From: Macrostomum lignano
Taxonomy: Eukaryota
Direction of reading: 5' to 3'
Length of the DNA stretch: 64,000 nt
NCBI GenBank assembly: GCA_002269645.1
Contig: NIVC01001746.1
Coordinates: 178,958-242,957 of the forward strand
The notes under the pieces are model-generated. The model was not told the DNA's origin. It worked only from the letters and a program-made list of their open reading frames with translations, and made no database searches. This document shows, in pieces, positions 1 through 13,900 of the stretch; position 1 is the first letter of the stretch; each line of letters starts with the position of its first letter. The position numbers and the translations under genes were made by a program.

Positions 1-546
1 GATTTACTCCTATTGATACATCTAAGAATAATCTAAGAACAAAGAAATTTTTTTTTATTTTAGACTATCATTGACATTTTAGCCAAAAATTAGACCCCTA
101 TTATATTGCCTAATAGGCTAATTATATTGCCTAATAGGCTAAATGTATTATTAATATCTTAATAACTTTATAATGCAATTATGTAAAAAATGCAAGTATA
201 AACTAAAAAGAACATAATGATGTGGGGATTATATAAATAATCTATTTATGTTACTAGTAGCAGTTAACCATGCATATTTTATCTCAACTAATCAGAAATT
301 TTTCTCTTATTTGTTTTAATCTTGTGACAATTTGTTTAATCCTACTTTGTTATAAATTTTGTTGTTATTTTGTTTAAATATGTAGTGCTCACCCCCTCCC
401 CTTTGTAATTCACTATAAAAAGGAGCAGCCTGGACTGAAAAAAAAATAACTTGTATTTTTCTCTGACTTTTGCAAGCAACTCTTAGTAAAATTGAAGTTC
501 AACTATAAAACTTCCACTGAGACTTGTCTTGCTAATTCTTTATTGG

Positions 547-700
547 GAATAGGGAAACATGAGGTTGTGGAGACCCAGAATGGGAGTCTAGAATAGGGAA
601 ACTTGAGGTCATGGAGACCCAGAATAGGAGTCTGGAATAGGGAAACTTGAGGTCATGGAGACCCAAAATAAGGGATCAGACTGACTTGAGGTCGTGGAGA
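547..700. repeat. 44-bp tandem repeat, about 3.5 copies
   Basis: gaatagggaa recurs at 547, 591 and 635; unit gaatagggaaacttgaggtcatggagacccagaataggagtctg. Confidence 0.8.
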
Positions 701-1212
701 CTATAAGAAAGCTATGCAGGCTAATAATAGACATTAGGTGCTAAGGAATTAGGCATTAGGGAGCTAGATAACTACTGCTAGACACCCTTGATCCTTGAAG
801 AACTTTTGGACTTAGTTAGAGAATTAGATAGTGTCTTACCACTTGGGCACTAAAATGCCATCATAAGATTTCTAAGAAATTGTGTGAATCAAAAATTTCT
901 AGGAAAGAATCATAGCATAAGGGCAAACAACACTATTTAAAGTAGACAATTCAATGGCAACTTGATTAGGAACAATTAGGTCCATCATTTAATTTAGTGA
1001 CAGAATACAGGAGCAAAGGTTAGTCCTAGAACATAAAAATACTGGCGTATGACTAAGACTGCTACAGCTATTATTGGCTACTGGTATTGAAGGGGAGCTA
1101 CCAATCTTCTAGCATTGCTATTCCTCTCATAGGTTCCTTTCTTGCAGGCTTATATTGCTAGCTTTCTTACATATTCATCTCCTCTCTAGCATTATCCAAT
1201 AACACATTAAGC

Positions 1213-1696
1213 CCATAGTGTAGATCATGTAGTGCACGCGAGAATTTTCCCGCATGCATTTTCAAAAGTGGCGTGCACTGGCGTGCAATTAGGTAAGTGG
1301 TGTGCATTTGGCGTGCATAATGCACGTTACATAAATACACTGGCGTGCCGCATGCCTGGCACCTGATGTGGCAAAGCTGCCAATGCAATGGTAAGCAGAC
1401 ATAAAATATGTATTATTGTATTTAACTTTTGAAAAAAACTATTGTAAATAAACAGTGTATAGGACTGTTAAATAAATTAATGTATGAGAAATACACGTTT
1501 TAAAAGATATATCATTTCTTTTGTACATCATTTGTTGCTTTGTTTTACACAATGCAATTTAAAATACGTTTTTTGTCTTCAATTTGAATTTTAATTTATC
1601 GGCATGCATCGGCGTGCATTTGCTTGTCGTTGGCGTGCTTTTGGGAATTAGCTTTGGGTCATTTCTCGCGTGCACTTAGCATGATCCACACTATGG
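1213..1696. mobile_element. Non-autonomous DNA transposon (MITE), 8-bp TSD (hAT- or P-like)
   Basis: Imperfect ~32-bp TIRs ccatagtgtagatcatgtagtgcacgcgagaa (1213-1244) and ttctcgcgtgcacttagcatgatccacactatgg (1663-1696). Exact 8-bp direct repeat cattaagc on both sides (1205-1212, 1697-1704). Internal ggcgtgca motif repeats. Confidence 0.85.
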
Positions 1697-3664
1697 CATT
1701 AAGCCAAATTCCACCTCTAGCTCCTCAAGTGTGGCAGTCTTAGTGTGTGAATGTCTTAGTCCTACACCTAAAAAAATGGTAGGCCTAAGCCTAGGCCTAA
1801 GTTCTTATATAAAAAGTAATTATAAAATACAAAGCCAGTAATAATAATTGTACTTTTTGCGCAAAAAAGGTCATAGGCCGTAATGCAAAAATGCCATAAG
1901 GAATTACAAAATTTTCTACAACTAAAAATGCTATAACTTTTTTTATTCCTTGACAGAAATTAACAAGAGAGGCCATTTTGGATTTTGGTTGCAGAGATCT
2001 ACTTAGCTGCCCAAAAATATCCAAGAATAAAAAATGTTTCAAAACCTCACTGGAACCCCTACCAGTATAGTATAATAAAACTATTTTTTGAAAGTTTAAC
2101 CAATCTTTTATTTTAGATATGGGCCAATTTATTTGCTTTAAATTTTGAAAAAAAACAACAAAAATATTTTTGTTTTTATTTATTTAACAAGTTAGCTTTA
2201 TTGCCCACTAGTTGGAAAACAACTTCCAATATAGTAAATTATATCTACTTCTATTACAAGAAAAAAGAATTATAAAGGCATAAGTTATAGCAAAAATGAC
2301 ATTTAAATATTATCCTCATTCATTTTTTAGACCTAAGACTTTGCAACAAAGGCTTTGGCCATTTTAGCTAGGGGCTTATTCTAGATCTATTTTTATCAAT
2401 AGATGGGGGCCTAAGGGATAAAAAAAGCCAGAAAGTTGATCATAGATCATGATGATATTGATCATAGAAATTAGTTAAGCAAAAAATCTATACAAAAAAT
2501 AATAGTAAAACCAGCAGCTTTTGTGGCATTCGTCTTTTGTAAAAAGTTTTTGGGCAAAAATGATTACAGTGGCTAATAGGCCCTAGGGACTAGGCATCAT
2601 CAAAATGTTGGAAATTTCAGATACAAAAAGTTTTGTAGCTTTTTTATTACTTGATCAATTTTCAAAAGTAAGCTGTAGGCCTATTTTTACTTAGGCCTAG
2701 TCATTACTAAATACTAAATTTGAGTAAATAGTAATGTAAATGAGATTTACTGAATGGAATAGAAAAAATTAAAAAATAAACTTTGAATTCTCATTGGAGT
2801 CTCTAGACTCTAGTCCTTAATTCATATATACTTTATAACCATAAACTACATAAACGAAACTGAAAGGAAAAAAAGATTAGCTGATCGATATCATTGCATT
2901 CTTTACACTCATATATATATATATACGCACGTAACGGCACGTGTGTGTCGGTTTGGATGAGCAGTTTCTAAGAAAATATAATCGTACTCAACCAATTTAC
3001 GAGTACTATACTATACAAAACGTTTCTTCATATACACTATACAGTGTATAGTGGCTGTTCGTATGGTTTCTGGTCAGATCGTCATATTCAATTTTGTCAT
3101 AAAGTATTACAAAGTGACTAGAAGCAAAGTAACTTTGTAAAATAATATGAAAGTGGCTAAAATATTTTACTAAATAGGTTGTCCGTTGATGATGTTCACT
3201 ACTATAAGTAACATGGGATGTCGGTTAGCCGATTAGCCGGTTCCGGTCTAATAAGCTCGTCATTATTAAGCCGGACGCTAAATTGTTGCAGGTGGAGCGA
3301 TGCGAACGCTCCATATGTCGCCTCCTCGGGCAATACATATAGTGTACTTCCTTTTGCGGGCTTAATTAGTTTAGGAAATTTTTGAATAGCTTGCCAGGAA
3401 TTGGTTTTGTGGCGATGACAAAAAGAGCGTTAATCATGCACGGAGTTGATTTCTTGTTCACGAAAACATCAAAACTCTATCTTGGAATTTGGAATGCATT
3501 CAAGTAAATGGCAGAACATAATTGTAATAAGAGTTCCCGGAACACAATCCTAACATGCATACATATGTACATTATGACAGAGTTACCGGATACTTCTAGT
3601 GGTCCTTGGGTAACTGTATATGACAATACAATTAGTACATACGTACATGTATGGAGAGCTAGCT

Positions 3665-5275
3665 AATCATGTAAACTAAAGGCTCCAGAATGGAGACTGA
3701 AGCACAGGGTCCCTGCAGTTTCTCTACGCCAATGTGATTTGAATCTCTCTTTAGTTGGAGCTTCAAATGCTTACATGGCGAGGGTGACCATATGATGACA
3801 AGATGTCCAGAGCGCTTAGCATGGTCATCACGCGATCAACGACTGACCCACCTGGCGACCAGATACATCAGTTTCAGGACGACCACACCACAGCCTCTGC
3901 TGAATTAAGCGGCACCTGCCGCGGGGTATCCGCACGTCGAACCCAGCGGCCCGTCTTCGGCAACGTCAGCCACCCCGACTAAGAATCCTTCCATCTCATC
4001 CCCGATCACTGCCTCGTCACCTGCTGCACCTGTCATCGACTTCAACGCCCTCCTCACCTCATGACTGCGATGATGCAGCATAACCATGCTGCTCATACAC
4101 CAGCTCACCGCTAATATCCATCATGCCCCAACATTGGCCTAAAATAGTTCGGAACAAGAACCTTTGCCACAAGTGCCTTCGCCGACACCACATCAGGGAC
4201 TGCCTTGACCGTGCAATTCCCCACACCAGCTTGCCCAAGACAGGCCAAAACGCCCACGTTAATTCAGGTGGTGACGCCGACTTCAAAGAGACAGCCAACT
4301 CCCAAGTCTCTGCCGCAGCCGACGTCGGAGGCCGATCGTGCCGACCATCATGCATGGCTACCTTCCGGGCCGCTCGATCGACTGCACAATTCTTCTCGAC
4401 TCAGGCTGCTCACACTCGCATCTCGACGGCACCGTTGCCCACAAGCTTGGTCTCAAAGCCGCCAAGACACTTATGATAGCCAACTCTGTACCTTCCACTC
4501 CCTGATGATGTCCTAACAGCAGCGTCTATAACCTTCCGCCTGACCACAATCCACGATACAGACGGTACCCTCGACCTCATTCTCAGTGGCGACGTGAACC
4601 AGTTACTCACCAGCCCTGCCGTTCCTGCCCTCGCTCTTCAACCGACTCTGACGGCCTACCTGACGCCCTTCGAAGTCATCCTCAACGGTGCTATCAATGA
4701 CACGGGTGCCCGCAGCATCAACAGCTTCCTCGGGTCCTCGCAGGCCTCTCAGGTCCTCGTCCTCAACAGTAACAACGATGACCTTCGCCTCGAGCGGCTT
4801 CTCGATCGCATGACTGACAGCTTAAGTTCTCGGCATAGCGAAGGACGCTGGAAAGCATGGCCCCAAAAGGCGACGAGCTGACTCAACGCCTTCTCGCGTC
4901 CATTACCCTTGACTTCGATGGCTGCATCTCCGTCGACCTGCCATTCAAATACGGCGATGCACTTCTTCCATCAAACTTCGGGCAGGCCTTTTGGCCGTGC
5001 TCAGGCTACTCACCGACGCGTGAGCCTTCTCAAGCGCGACTAGAGAGTCCTGAAAAACACAATTAAAGCATACCAAACTAAAAATAACACAGGAAGGTTT
5101 CCCATCCCATGAAATCCTCATCTATCAAATCACTTCCCATAGAGATCCCCAAATGCTAAAGTGGTTGTTTTTTCAGCACAACGGAGCCATTTTGCTCCAA
5201 ATGAAGGGATTGTTAGTAGAGAAACCAGGACCCGATGCTTCAGGCACCATTTTGACTCTCAAATTCACATCCTCT
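3665..5275. mobile_element. Degenerate MITE shell (same family as 56012-56544) enclosing a retroelement fragment
   Basis: 3665-3790 resembles 56012-56120 and 5041-5275 resembles 56305-56544. The two ends are imperfect ~45-bp inverted repeats of each other. Confidence 0.65.
3800..5040 (+). pseudogene. BEL/Pao LTR-retrotransposon relic (gag zinc knuckle, aspartic protease, pre-RT region), frameshifted and truncated
   Basis: CHKCLRRHHIRDC (CX2CX3HX4C) at 4165-4203; ILLDSGCSHSH protease motif at 4389 in another frame; DGCISVDLPFKYGDALLPSNFGQA matches the BEL/Pao DGRYxVxLPWK...LPxN block. No RT or integrase and no LTRs seen. Confidence 0.7.
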
Positions 5276-5766
5276 TATTTTTAAAGAAGTTTAATTTGAA
5301 AGAAGACTTTGAAAGAAGCTTGCTCAATATGTACGTTTGTCGATGAAACGTACATGTATTAAAGCTGTATTTAAAATGTTAAGAACTATCTTAACCTAAA
5401 ACTCACAATAAATACGCTCCTATATTACTCGTGATAGATGCTTAGCAGCTAAGTTGCATCCTACAGTAAAACTAAGAAGAGTAAGCTATAAAATTGTATC
5501 TACACTACAGTACAGTACAACTTCGACACAAGTAAGATTCTATAAAGGTAAGAAAATGTGTGGGGGCAGAAACAGAATGCGTTACAGCTTTTTCAGACAA
5601 AAATAACCTCGTCTTCTATCTGCAGTAGCAGTACATGTTAAACGAAATTGTAAAACGGCAGTTTTGTTGGTCTATTGGATGAAGGAAGTTTGTCTTGCAG
5701 CTGGCTAAATTGAATTCATTGTTTTACTTTTTACTCTTTTTACTGCTTTCTGTCTGACTATTCAAA

Positions 5767-8435
5767 CTAATAGAAGTGCAAGCTGTTCTGAGCTCTCGGA
5801 TCGTGCGAAGCTCGACGCATTCTCTTCTGTTGTTGTTGTTGCTGCTTCTGCTGTTGCTGCTGCTGCTGCTGTTGTTCTTGCAGGTGTCTGAAAGCTTCGG
5901 AAAAAACCGATCGATGCGACCGCTCCATGTCGCCGCCTCCAGCAGCTTTGCCAGTTACCCTGGACCCGTCCCCTACCCCTTCCTGACGATCGAAACCCAA
6001 CGCCGCCAGTTGGCTCTTGATTCGATTGACCAAGTCGAGCTGCGTCTGCTCCAGCGTTGGCTGATCAACCAGGCTATCCATTGCCGTAGCTGTCGGCGTT
6101 ACCGCATTTGGAGACGCAATTGTTGCGGCGCTGGGCGCAGGGGATGCGACGCTGGGCGTCGCAGCCGGAGCTGCAGCGGCCGGACGAAGGCATTCGGTCA
6201 GAGCGGCGACGCGAGCTTCCGCGTCTGTGCACTGACGCTGCAACCGTTGCAGACGCGTGCAGGCAACCTGGCAAATAGATTCAACGAATTTGGCCAGCCT
6301 CGATGGCTCATCCACTGGCGGCGGAGCCGGTGGCGCTGGCTGATCAGGCTTAGTGTCGGCAGTTTCATCGCTGTGCCGTTGCAGCTGCGCGGCGGCCGAC
6401 TTGATACTTTTGAGTGCGTCGGTTTTCTCACCCAACGACTTGCGCAGACTGGAAGTCTCCCGCTGCAGCTCGGAGACTCGACGCTCGGCTCGACGTAATC
6501 GACGATCAGTTTTGAAACTTGGATCGGATTGCTGTTGCTGCTGCTGATGCTGCTGCTGCTGCTTGGCAGCGGCCGAGGCCACACCGCTGAGATACTGGAT
6601 GCGAAATGTCAGCTTGCTGTTGGCTTGTCGAAGTCTCTCCCGTTCGGCCAGAAGCAAGCGTTCGCGTCTGTCAAATTCCGCTCGAATTCGATGTAGCTCA
6701 GAGTCGGCTTCTACTCCTCTGTGATTTGCTACAGCGATTGATGACGATGGAGGAGGCTGGGAGCTTGCCCGACTCCGTGTGTCCGACTGAGGACGACTCG
6801 GCCACTGCTGCTGTTGCAGTTGCTGAGGATGATTAGGCGTCGTTGAGGCATCCAGGCGAGATGCGGACCGGCCGAAGGTCAGGCGTTCGCGCGATACGGC
6901 ACGTCGCAGGAAGCCGCCAACTCGCTGAAGCCGGCCTCCTCCAGCTGCCTCTTGCGCTGAAGCTATTGATGTCGAAGCTGGCTGCTGCTGAGACTGCTGG
7001 TTGTTGGACGAATTGATCGACGTACGAAGTTGCTCAATCTCCATGTTCGCATCGGTGAGCTGAAAACGTTTGAGACCAGGGTCAGTGCACTTTCTCTTAA
7101 AAGAGGATAATTGAGCATGGCTAGACCCTGGAAAAAGCATGCAAAAGTTGATAATGGTGCACTATGAAATACATGTAGGACGTAAATGTACTTGTAGGTG
7201 ACCTACAAAGCTTACAAAGTTAATTGGTGCTTAAGTATCAGACAATTGGCATATTGTCAGACACTTTTTGGTACATTGTGTTGGATGCTTTTATGGTACA
7301 ACTGAACAACTTCTACGTCAATCAGGTACAATCAGACAATTCATATTTAAAAGTTTCAAAACTTTCGAAATCAACGCAAATCAATGAAAAATATTTTTAG
7401 GGTAGTTTTAATGCAAATCTCAATGAAGCTTGAAGTCGATGCTTAAACTTTTTTGTTGGCAATTCATAACAGTTGGCTGCAGGACAAAAAACGGAGTTAT
7501 TAAACTTCACTTCTCACCTGCCGTTGCAGCTCTTCGGCCCTCTTAGCCAGTTCCGCGCTCTCCGCGATTCGCTGTTGCGCCAGTTTTCGAAAGCTACGCC
7601 AAGTGGACCGGACAAAGGCGTAGTCGCTGCGCGCCGTGCTGCCCTCTGGGTAGGGCGCCGGCTCCTGCAGCCCGGCCGTCTGCAGAGCGCGCGCGTCTAA
7701 GCATCGGGTGCGTCGAATAATTCGTTCAGTATCTCTGCGCATCTTCCTAGCCATGCTTTCGTGAAGACTGTCTACCGTAGTCATCGATTCGCTTAGAGAT
7801 TGCGACTGGTCATGCTGCTGCTGCTGATGGTTTTGGTGATAAAGCTGCTGATGATGATGCTGGTGCGCTCCTCCCTGCTGCGGCTGTCGAGTTCCTCTCC
7901 GGTTCTGCTTGCCACTGGAGAACAGACCCCATCGACGTCGTTTTCGACGGCTTAGCGTTGAAGCAGCGGCTACTCCTCCGGCTGAGGTAGCCGTTGTCGA
8001 GTCAGCAGCAGCCGAGGCGGCGGTAGCGGAGACATCAGCCGAGCTGCATCGTCGAGCTTTCAGCAGCGTCAGCACCGAGGAACAGTTTCGGATTAGCGGG
8101 CACAGACTTACGTATTCTTGATCGGCAGATTTAGTGAGGATGGTGGGATAGCCCAGTCTAATGAAGTCCTGGTTAACGGTGTGCGCCATCCATTTAAACA
8201 CTTCCTCCGGCATGGCGGGTTCCGACTCGCCCTCGGCCCCCGTTCCAGTCGCTTCCGCCTTAGCAATATTTGTCGAGCCTTCGTCAGTGCTGTCATCGGC
8301 GTAGCTACCGTCTGCGCATTGATTGCCGAAGTCGCCACCGCCTCCTTCGGTGGTGCCGCCATCCGTGCCACCGGTGCTGCTGAGACTGAGCCGACTGACA
8401 CCGGTTGCGGTATTAGATAATCGACTGGTTTTCAT
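5767..8435 (-). CDS. Q/S-rich coiled-coil protein, about 736 aa, two exons (8435-7518, 7059-5767); N-terminal block weakly resembles ADIP/SSX2IP (Msd1)
   Basis: Two long ORFs join in phase 0 through donor cag|gtgaga (7517) and acceptor ttttcag|ctc (7060), giving LQRQ|LTDAN. Heptad-rich segments and polyQ runs. VNQDFIRLGYPTI...LIRNCSSVLTLL recalls the ADIP segment LDQELTTFGFPSL...VLNCMNELLVL (recognised from memory; family call low confidence). Confidence 0.7.
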
Positions 8436-10257
8436 AGCAACTATTAGTATTAGCTCCTCGCTGGGGAGTTTCGACCTATAGTTTTCTAGCCAGACATAAA
8501 TATTCGATAATTACGAGCGTATTTTGCTAAATAGTAGCAAATCTATCAATATAATTTTACCTATACATGAAAAAATGATTGTACTGTCTGATTCGATCTA
8601 ATAAAGTTCGATCAACTAAATCCAAAAGGCTATGGGTGTTGATCGGTTAAAGCTGAGTTGGCAAGATATGAAAGGGATGTCTATTAATTATTATAGAGGA
8701 TTTTGTTGAAACTAAAGATACTTCAGCTCTTTTAGTCTATGGTCTCGCATCACTGGACCAACGTCTGATGGCCATTAAAGCAAAACACATAGCAACTTTA
8801 AAGTATGCAGGGCCGGCAGTTGATTTAGTTTTATGGATACGTATACTTATGGCAAATTTCGCCCCCCCCCCGTTGGGGAAACAACAGCGAAAGGAAAAGT
8901 TACTTTTGAATAAACTACTTGTAGCTTTCGACCTTGTACTATCACTATCAGCTATCAGATATCGAAAACCCAAACCAAAACCAAAGCAAAAAACTCCCAA
9001 TTGACACTTGGCATCTTAGACAATGTGATCGATCTTCGAGGCCTTTGGCCTGAGCCCTGCAATCCAGGGCCACCTACCCTGGAGCCAGATCTTGTCATAA
9101 ACTAACTGACATACATCGAGAGATATTTTTCATTATTGCTAAAATAACAAAGTCTATAACTGTGCAGCAGGTTCGTAATGTGAACCAACCATAGCTCGTA
9201 GACTGCCCTATTTCCCATTTACCTTCGAGTAGAACTAGACATAATGAGACGACTTTACAGAGCGCCATTCATTATTACAGCAATGGGACTATCCTAATTT
9301 TACTACCGCCGATGCCACACTTTTGTACAAATTCAGGGCTAAGACAAGAAGAGACTCAAAGAGGAGGTTGAGCAGAGTGCCTGCGATATCATACATCATA
9401 ATGCATCATAATCGGTCGATTCTTCAACCGTCAGCAGTTGGAGAAGCTGTGGAACAATGATTCAGTTTTACCGCCTTAGTCGCACAGGAGGCTTGGCTGC
9501 AAAAAAACTTGTAAAGCTAAAAGAAAATGCATTGCAGCCTGAAAAAATGCCTCAGTTAGTCCAGAAAGTTAGGAACAAGCGGCGAGCCCTGCAAACTCAA
9601 GACCCAAATCGATCTGCTCGGACGTCTCGCTACTCTCAAGCTAATTGTTATAGTTTTCTCCTGCGCCATATTTTCTTTAAAATTTGCTTCAATGATTCTT
9701 TTAAGGCTTAATTTAAACTGAACAAGCTTGCAGATAGATTGACATTTTCCATTTGGCAAACTTGCTGTACTAACAATGGGATATCCGCATATAAAGATCT
9801 TATATCACAGTACATGTACTTGTATTTATCTTTGTGTTGACAAGGATGGCCTTTCGTCAATTCTTACTACTTCGGAATAGCATTCGTAAATTAGCATTAG
9901 GCACTCTGTTTTGCTTAAAGCTGCTTGCATCAACGTGCAGCACTCGGATCAAGCTGAGCTCCAGCTAAATCATGCTGTTTTAGAATTGCACTTTTGAACT
10001 GCTATCGAGATAAAGGGGATTTACAGGGTGGAAGACATATGCAGACAGCTTTTGCAACAATTACAAAGAGGCCATTGTTATTCAGGATGTAGCTAGCGAG
10101 GAGTTAAAGCGCCTTAACCGGCGCTGTTGTGCCACAGCCGTTTTACATGGCCACTGGGCATTTGAGGCCACAAGCTGGCTACACAACCGTTTTAAGAAGA
10201 CGGGGAATATCAGCGCAGTCTATCCCCTCGCATGTTCCACAGCCCTAACCACCCGAA

Positions 10258-10456
10258 TCAGCCACTAGTGAAGCGTTCAACCAAAAGCCAGGTTGATCGT
10301 CAGAACACTAGAAATCGAAGGGCAAAGAAAAGCCAAGTTTTTCATTTATAATGCCTCATGAAGTTAGAATTACGAGTTAATCGATTTTATAGAAGTTACT
10401 CCTCCCCTGTCTTATCCCAATGGCGATTGCTGAATCGTGTCTTCAGTTTTTTTTAC
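10258..10456 (+). repeat. Dispersed ~200-bp repeat, copy 1
   Basis: gaagcgttcaaccaaaagccaggttgat...gtcttatcccaatggcga...gtcttcagtttttttt aligns by eye with 25910-26117. Confidence 0.7.
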
Positions 10457-10905
10457 TTCAATCAAACGGCTCTCCAAGTTTTACAATGCTGTCCTTTGCC
10501 CCAGCAGAGGCGCCAACCAGTCTAGCAAGCAAATATCGAACACGAATCCGCCCAACAAGCTTAGTATGGTTTTTAGTCGCCGACTCAAGTTTACAATGCA
10601 TTGGCAGCTTCGATAAATTCTTGAAACTGGGAATTCCAGCAGACCCAGTTTAGTGAGGTCACTCAAGCTGTAGCGCTGCTATGTCGCAGCCGCAAGCCCA
10701 ATGCTTGAGCAGTGGATATTGCAATGCGAATGACTGAACCACCCTCCGCTGGACAGAAGTTTCCAAAAAGGCACCTGCTTCGGAGAACTCATAAAGTCCC
10801 TAGAAGAATCGCTTTTAAAAAGCTTAACCAGCAGTAATATTCCGATTCAGCCACAACTTCGGCCGCCTTCACTCAGGGTTTCTGGGCGAACTCAACTGAA
10901 CTCGA

Positions 10906-10969
10906 ATGGCTACTCAACCTCTGCCAGCGATTCTCGTCTGCCTGTGTCTGGCCGCGGGATGTGCTGAAG
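10906..10969 (+). CDS. WSC gene exon 1: signal peptide MATQPLPAILVCLCLAAGCAE
   Basis: Hydrophobic core with small residues at the end, followed by G|gtaagc donor. Confidence 0.75.
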
Positions 10970-13900
10970 GTAAGCCTATAGAGAAAGGAAGGACTCTAAT
11001 CCATGCCTCCGTTTGCTCAGTGAAAAAAGTGAAGACTGAAAAGTCACGTTCTCGCTTAAAACATATTGCAGCACTTACTCCCCTCGGCTGCTACGTGGAC
11101 AAGGGGAGTGACAGAGACCTGCCGGTTCTCCATCATTCGTCGTCGACTACGCCCGAGTCCTGCGTGAGCCGCTGCAAATCTCAGAACTACAAGTACGCCG
11201 GTCTCCAAGCCAGTAACTGGTGCCTCTGCGGCAACTCGTACGGCAAGCACGGCAAGGCTAGCGACTCCGATTGCAAAATGGCGTGCGGCGGAGACAGCAG
11301 CAAGACCTGCGGAGGGGCCTATAGAAACGAAGTTTATCCTACTGGATTCGTTCCTGGTACGTCTTGGGACATTCGTGCTGGATTAGTCATTTGTCAGTAG
11401 CGTGCTAATTTAAGTCGTCAAGTTAGTCAAGCTCGCTTACTTTGTGTCAGTTGGGGCGAAAGAGGGCTGCTCATTCGGCATCTTTGCATTCCTTCCGCTC
11501 GTTTTCTTGATCGGTGAAGCAGTTGATTGCTTGAGAAGTAAATTAATGCTGGAGTTAGAAAGTATAAATATTGGGTTAGGGCATGCAATATTTAGGCTTA
11601 AGCTTTGCTTCACGAGCAAAATGAGATGCTGTCTAAATTAGATGCTACCTGAATCAGACTCTGGAAAAATTAGATGCCTACCTAGATAAGATGTTTGTAG
11701 TTACTGAGCGCTGGTTGTATTTTAATGGGGAGGGGGCTGCGCTGCACGCGCTTAATTGAACGTAGTGCAGAAATAAGATGTCTATGGCAACAAGCAACGG
11801 CAACGTTGTAACAAAGATGGCAGCAGGTAAAGTACAACAATGTTACCTAAATTGATGCAGCTCAGATAAGACATTGCCTTAATTGATGCTACCTAGATGA
11901 GATGTTACCTAAATTGATGCTACCTAGATGAGATGTTACCTAAATTGATGCTACCTAGATGAGATGTTACCTAAATTGATGCTACCTAGATGAGATGTTA
12001 CCTAAATGGATGCTGCCTAGATGAGAGGTTACCTAAATTGCTCACCCAGATGACAGGGTAACTAAATAAATGTCACCCAGATGTCACCCAAATTGATGCT
12101 GCCTAGATGAGATGTTACCTAAATTGATCTCACCCAGATGACAGGGTACCTAAATAAATGTCACCAGATGTCACCCAAATTGATGCTACCTAGATGAGAT
12201 GTTACCTAAATGGATGCTACCTAGATGAGAGGTTACCTAAATTGATCTCACCCAGATGACAGGGTACCTAAATAAATGTCACCAGATGTCACCCAAATTG
12301 ATGCTGCCTAGATGAGATGTCACCTAAATTGTTGCTACAAAGAAGAGACGTTACCTAAACTTGATTGGTACCTAAATGAGACTTTTCCTAAATTAGATGC
12401 TAGCTGTTCTGTTGTACGAAAGAGAATTTCAAGAGAACGAGCCTAGGGCTGTTTACGTGGGTTTGTGTCAGACGTGCACTGTAGGAACAAAGAGATTCGC
12501 TGAAATACTGTTTACAGCAGCGAAGCGCCTCGGCTGCTACGTGGACAAGGGGAGTGACAGAGACCTGCCGGTTCTCCATCATTCGTCGTCGACTACGCCC
12601 GAGTCCTGCGTGAGCCGCTGCAAATCTCAGAACTACAAGTACGCCGGTCTCCAAGCCAGTAACTGGTGCCTCTGCGGCAACTCGTACGGCAAGCACGGCA
12701 AGGCTAGCGACTCCGATTGCAAAATGGCGTGCGGCGGAGACAGCAGCAAGACCTGCGGAGGGGCCTATAGAAACGAAGTTTATCCTACTGGATTCGTTCC
12801 TGGTACGTCTTGGGACATTCGTGCTGGATTAGTCATTTGTCAGTAGCGTGCTAATTTAAGTCGTCAAGTTAGTCAAGCTCGCTTACTTTGTGTCAGTTGG
12901 GGCGAAAGAGGGCTGCTCATTCGGCATCTTTGCATTCCTTCCGCTCGTTTTCTTGATCGGTGAAGCAGTTGATTGCTTGAGAAGTAAATTAATGCTGGAG
13001 TTAGAAAGTATAAATATTGGGTTAGGGCATGCAATATTTAGGCTTAAGCTTTGCTTCACGAGCAAAATGAGATGCTGTCTAAATTAGATGCTACCTGAAT
13101 CAGACTCTGGAAAAATTAGATGCCTACCTAGATAAGATGTTTGTAGTTACTGAGCGCTGGTTGTATTTTAATGGGGAGGGGGCTGCGCTGCACGCGCTTA
13201 ATTGAACGTAGTGCAGAAATAAGATGTCTATGGCAACAAGCAACGGCAACGTTGTAACAAAGATGGCAGCAGGTAAAGTACAACAATGTTACCTAAATTG
13301 ATGCAGCTCAGATAAGACATTGCCTTAATTGATGCTACCTAGATGAGATGTTACCTAAATTGATGCTACCTAGATGAGATGTTACCTAAATTGATGCTAC
13401 CTAGATGAGATGTTACCTAAATTGATGCTACCTAGATGAGATGTTACCTAAATGGATGCTGCCTAGATGAGAGGTTACCTAAATTGCTCACCCAGATGAC
13501 AGGGTAACTAAATAAATGTCACCCAGATGTCACCCAAATTGATGCTGCCTAGATGAGATGTTACCTAAATTGATCTCACCCAGATGACAGGGTACCTAAA
13601 TAAATGTCACCAGATGTCACCCAAATTGATGCTACCTAGATGAGATGTTACCTAAATGGATGCTACCTAGATGAGAGGTTACCTAAATTGATCTCACCCA
13701 GATGACAGGGTACCTAAATAAATGTCACCAGATGTCACCCAAATTGATGCTGCCTAGATGAGATGTCACCTAAATTGTTGCTACAAAGAAGAGACGTTAC
13801 CTAAACTTGATTGGTACCTAAATGAGACTTTTCCTAAATTAGATGCTAGCTGTTCTGTTGTACGAAAGAGAATTTCAAGAGAACGAGCCTAGGGCTGTTT

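Noticed and set aside
380-545. Possible solo LTR near the window start
   Set aside because: No second copy, PBS, PPT or TSD was found.
8737-10700. Short ORFs between the coiled-coil gene and the WSC gene
   Set aside because: No recognisable motifs, multiple stops, and no consistent splice structure.
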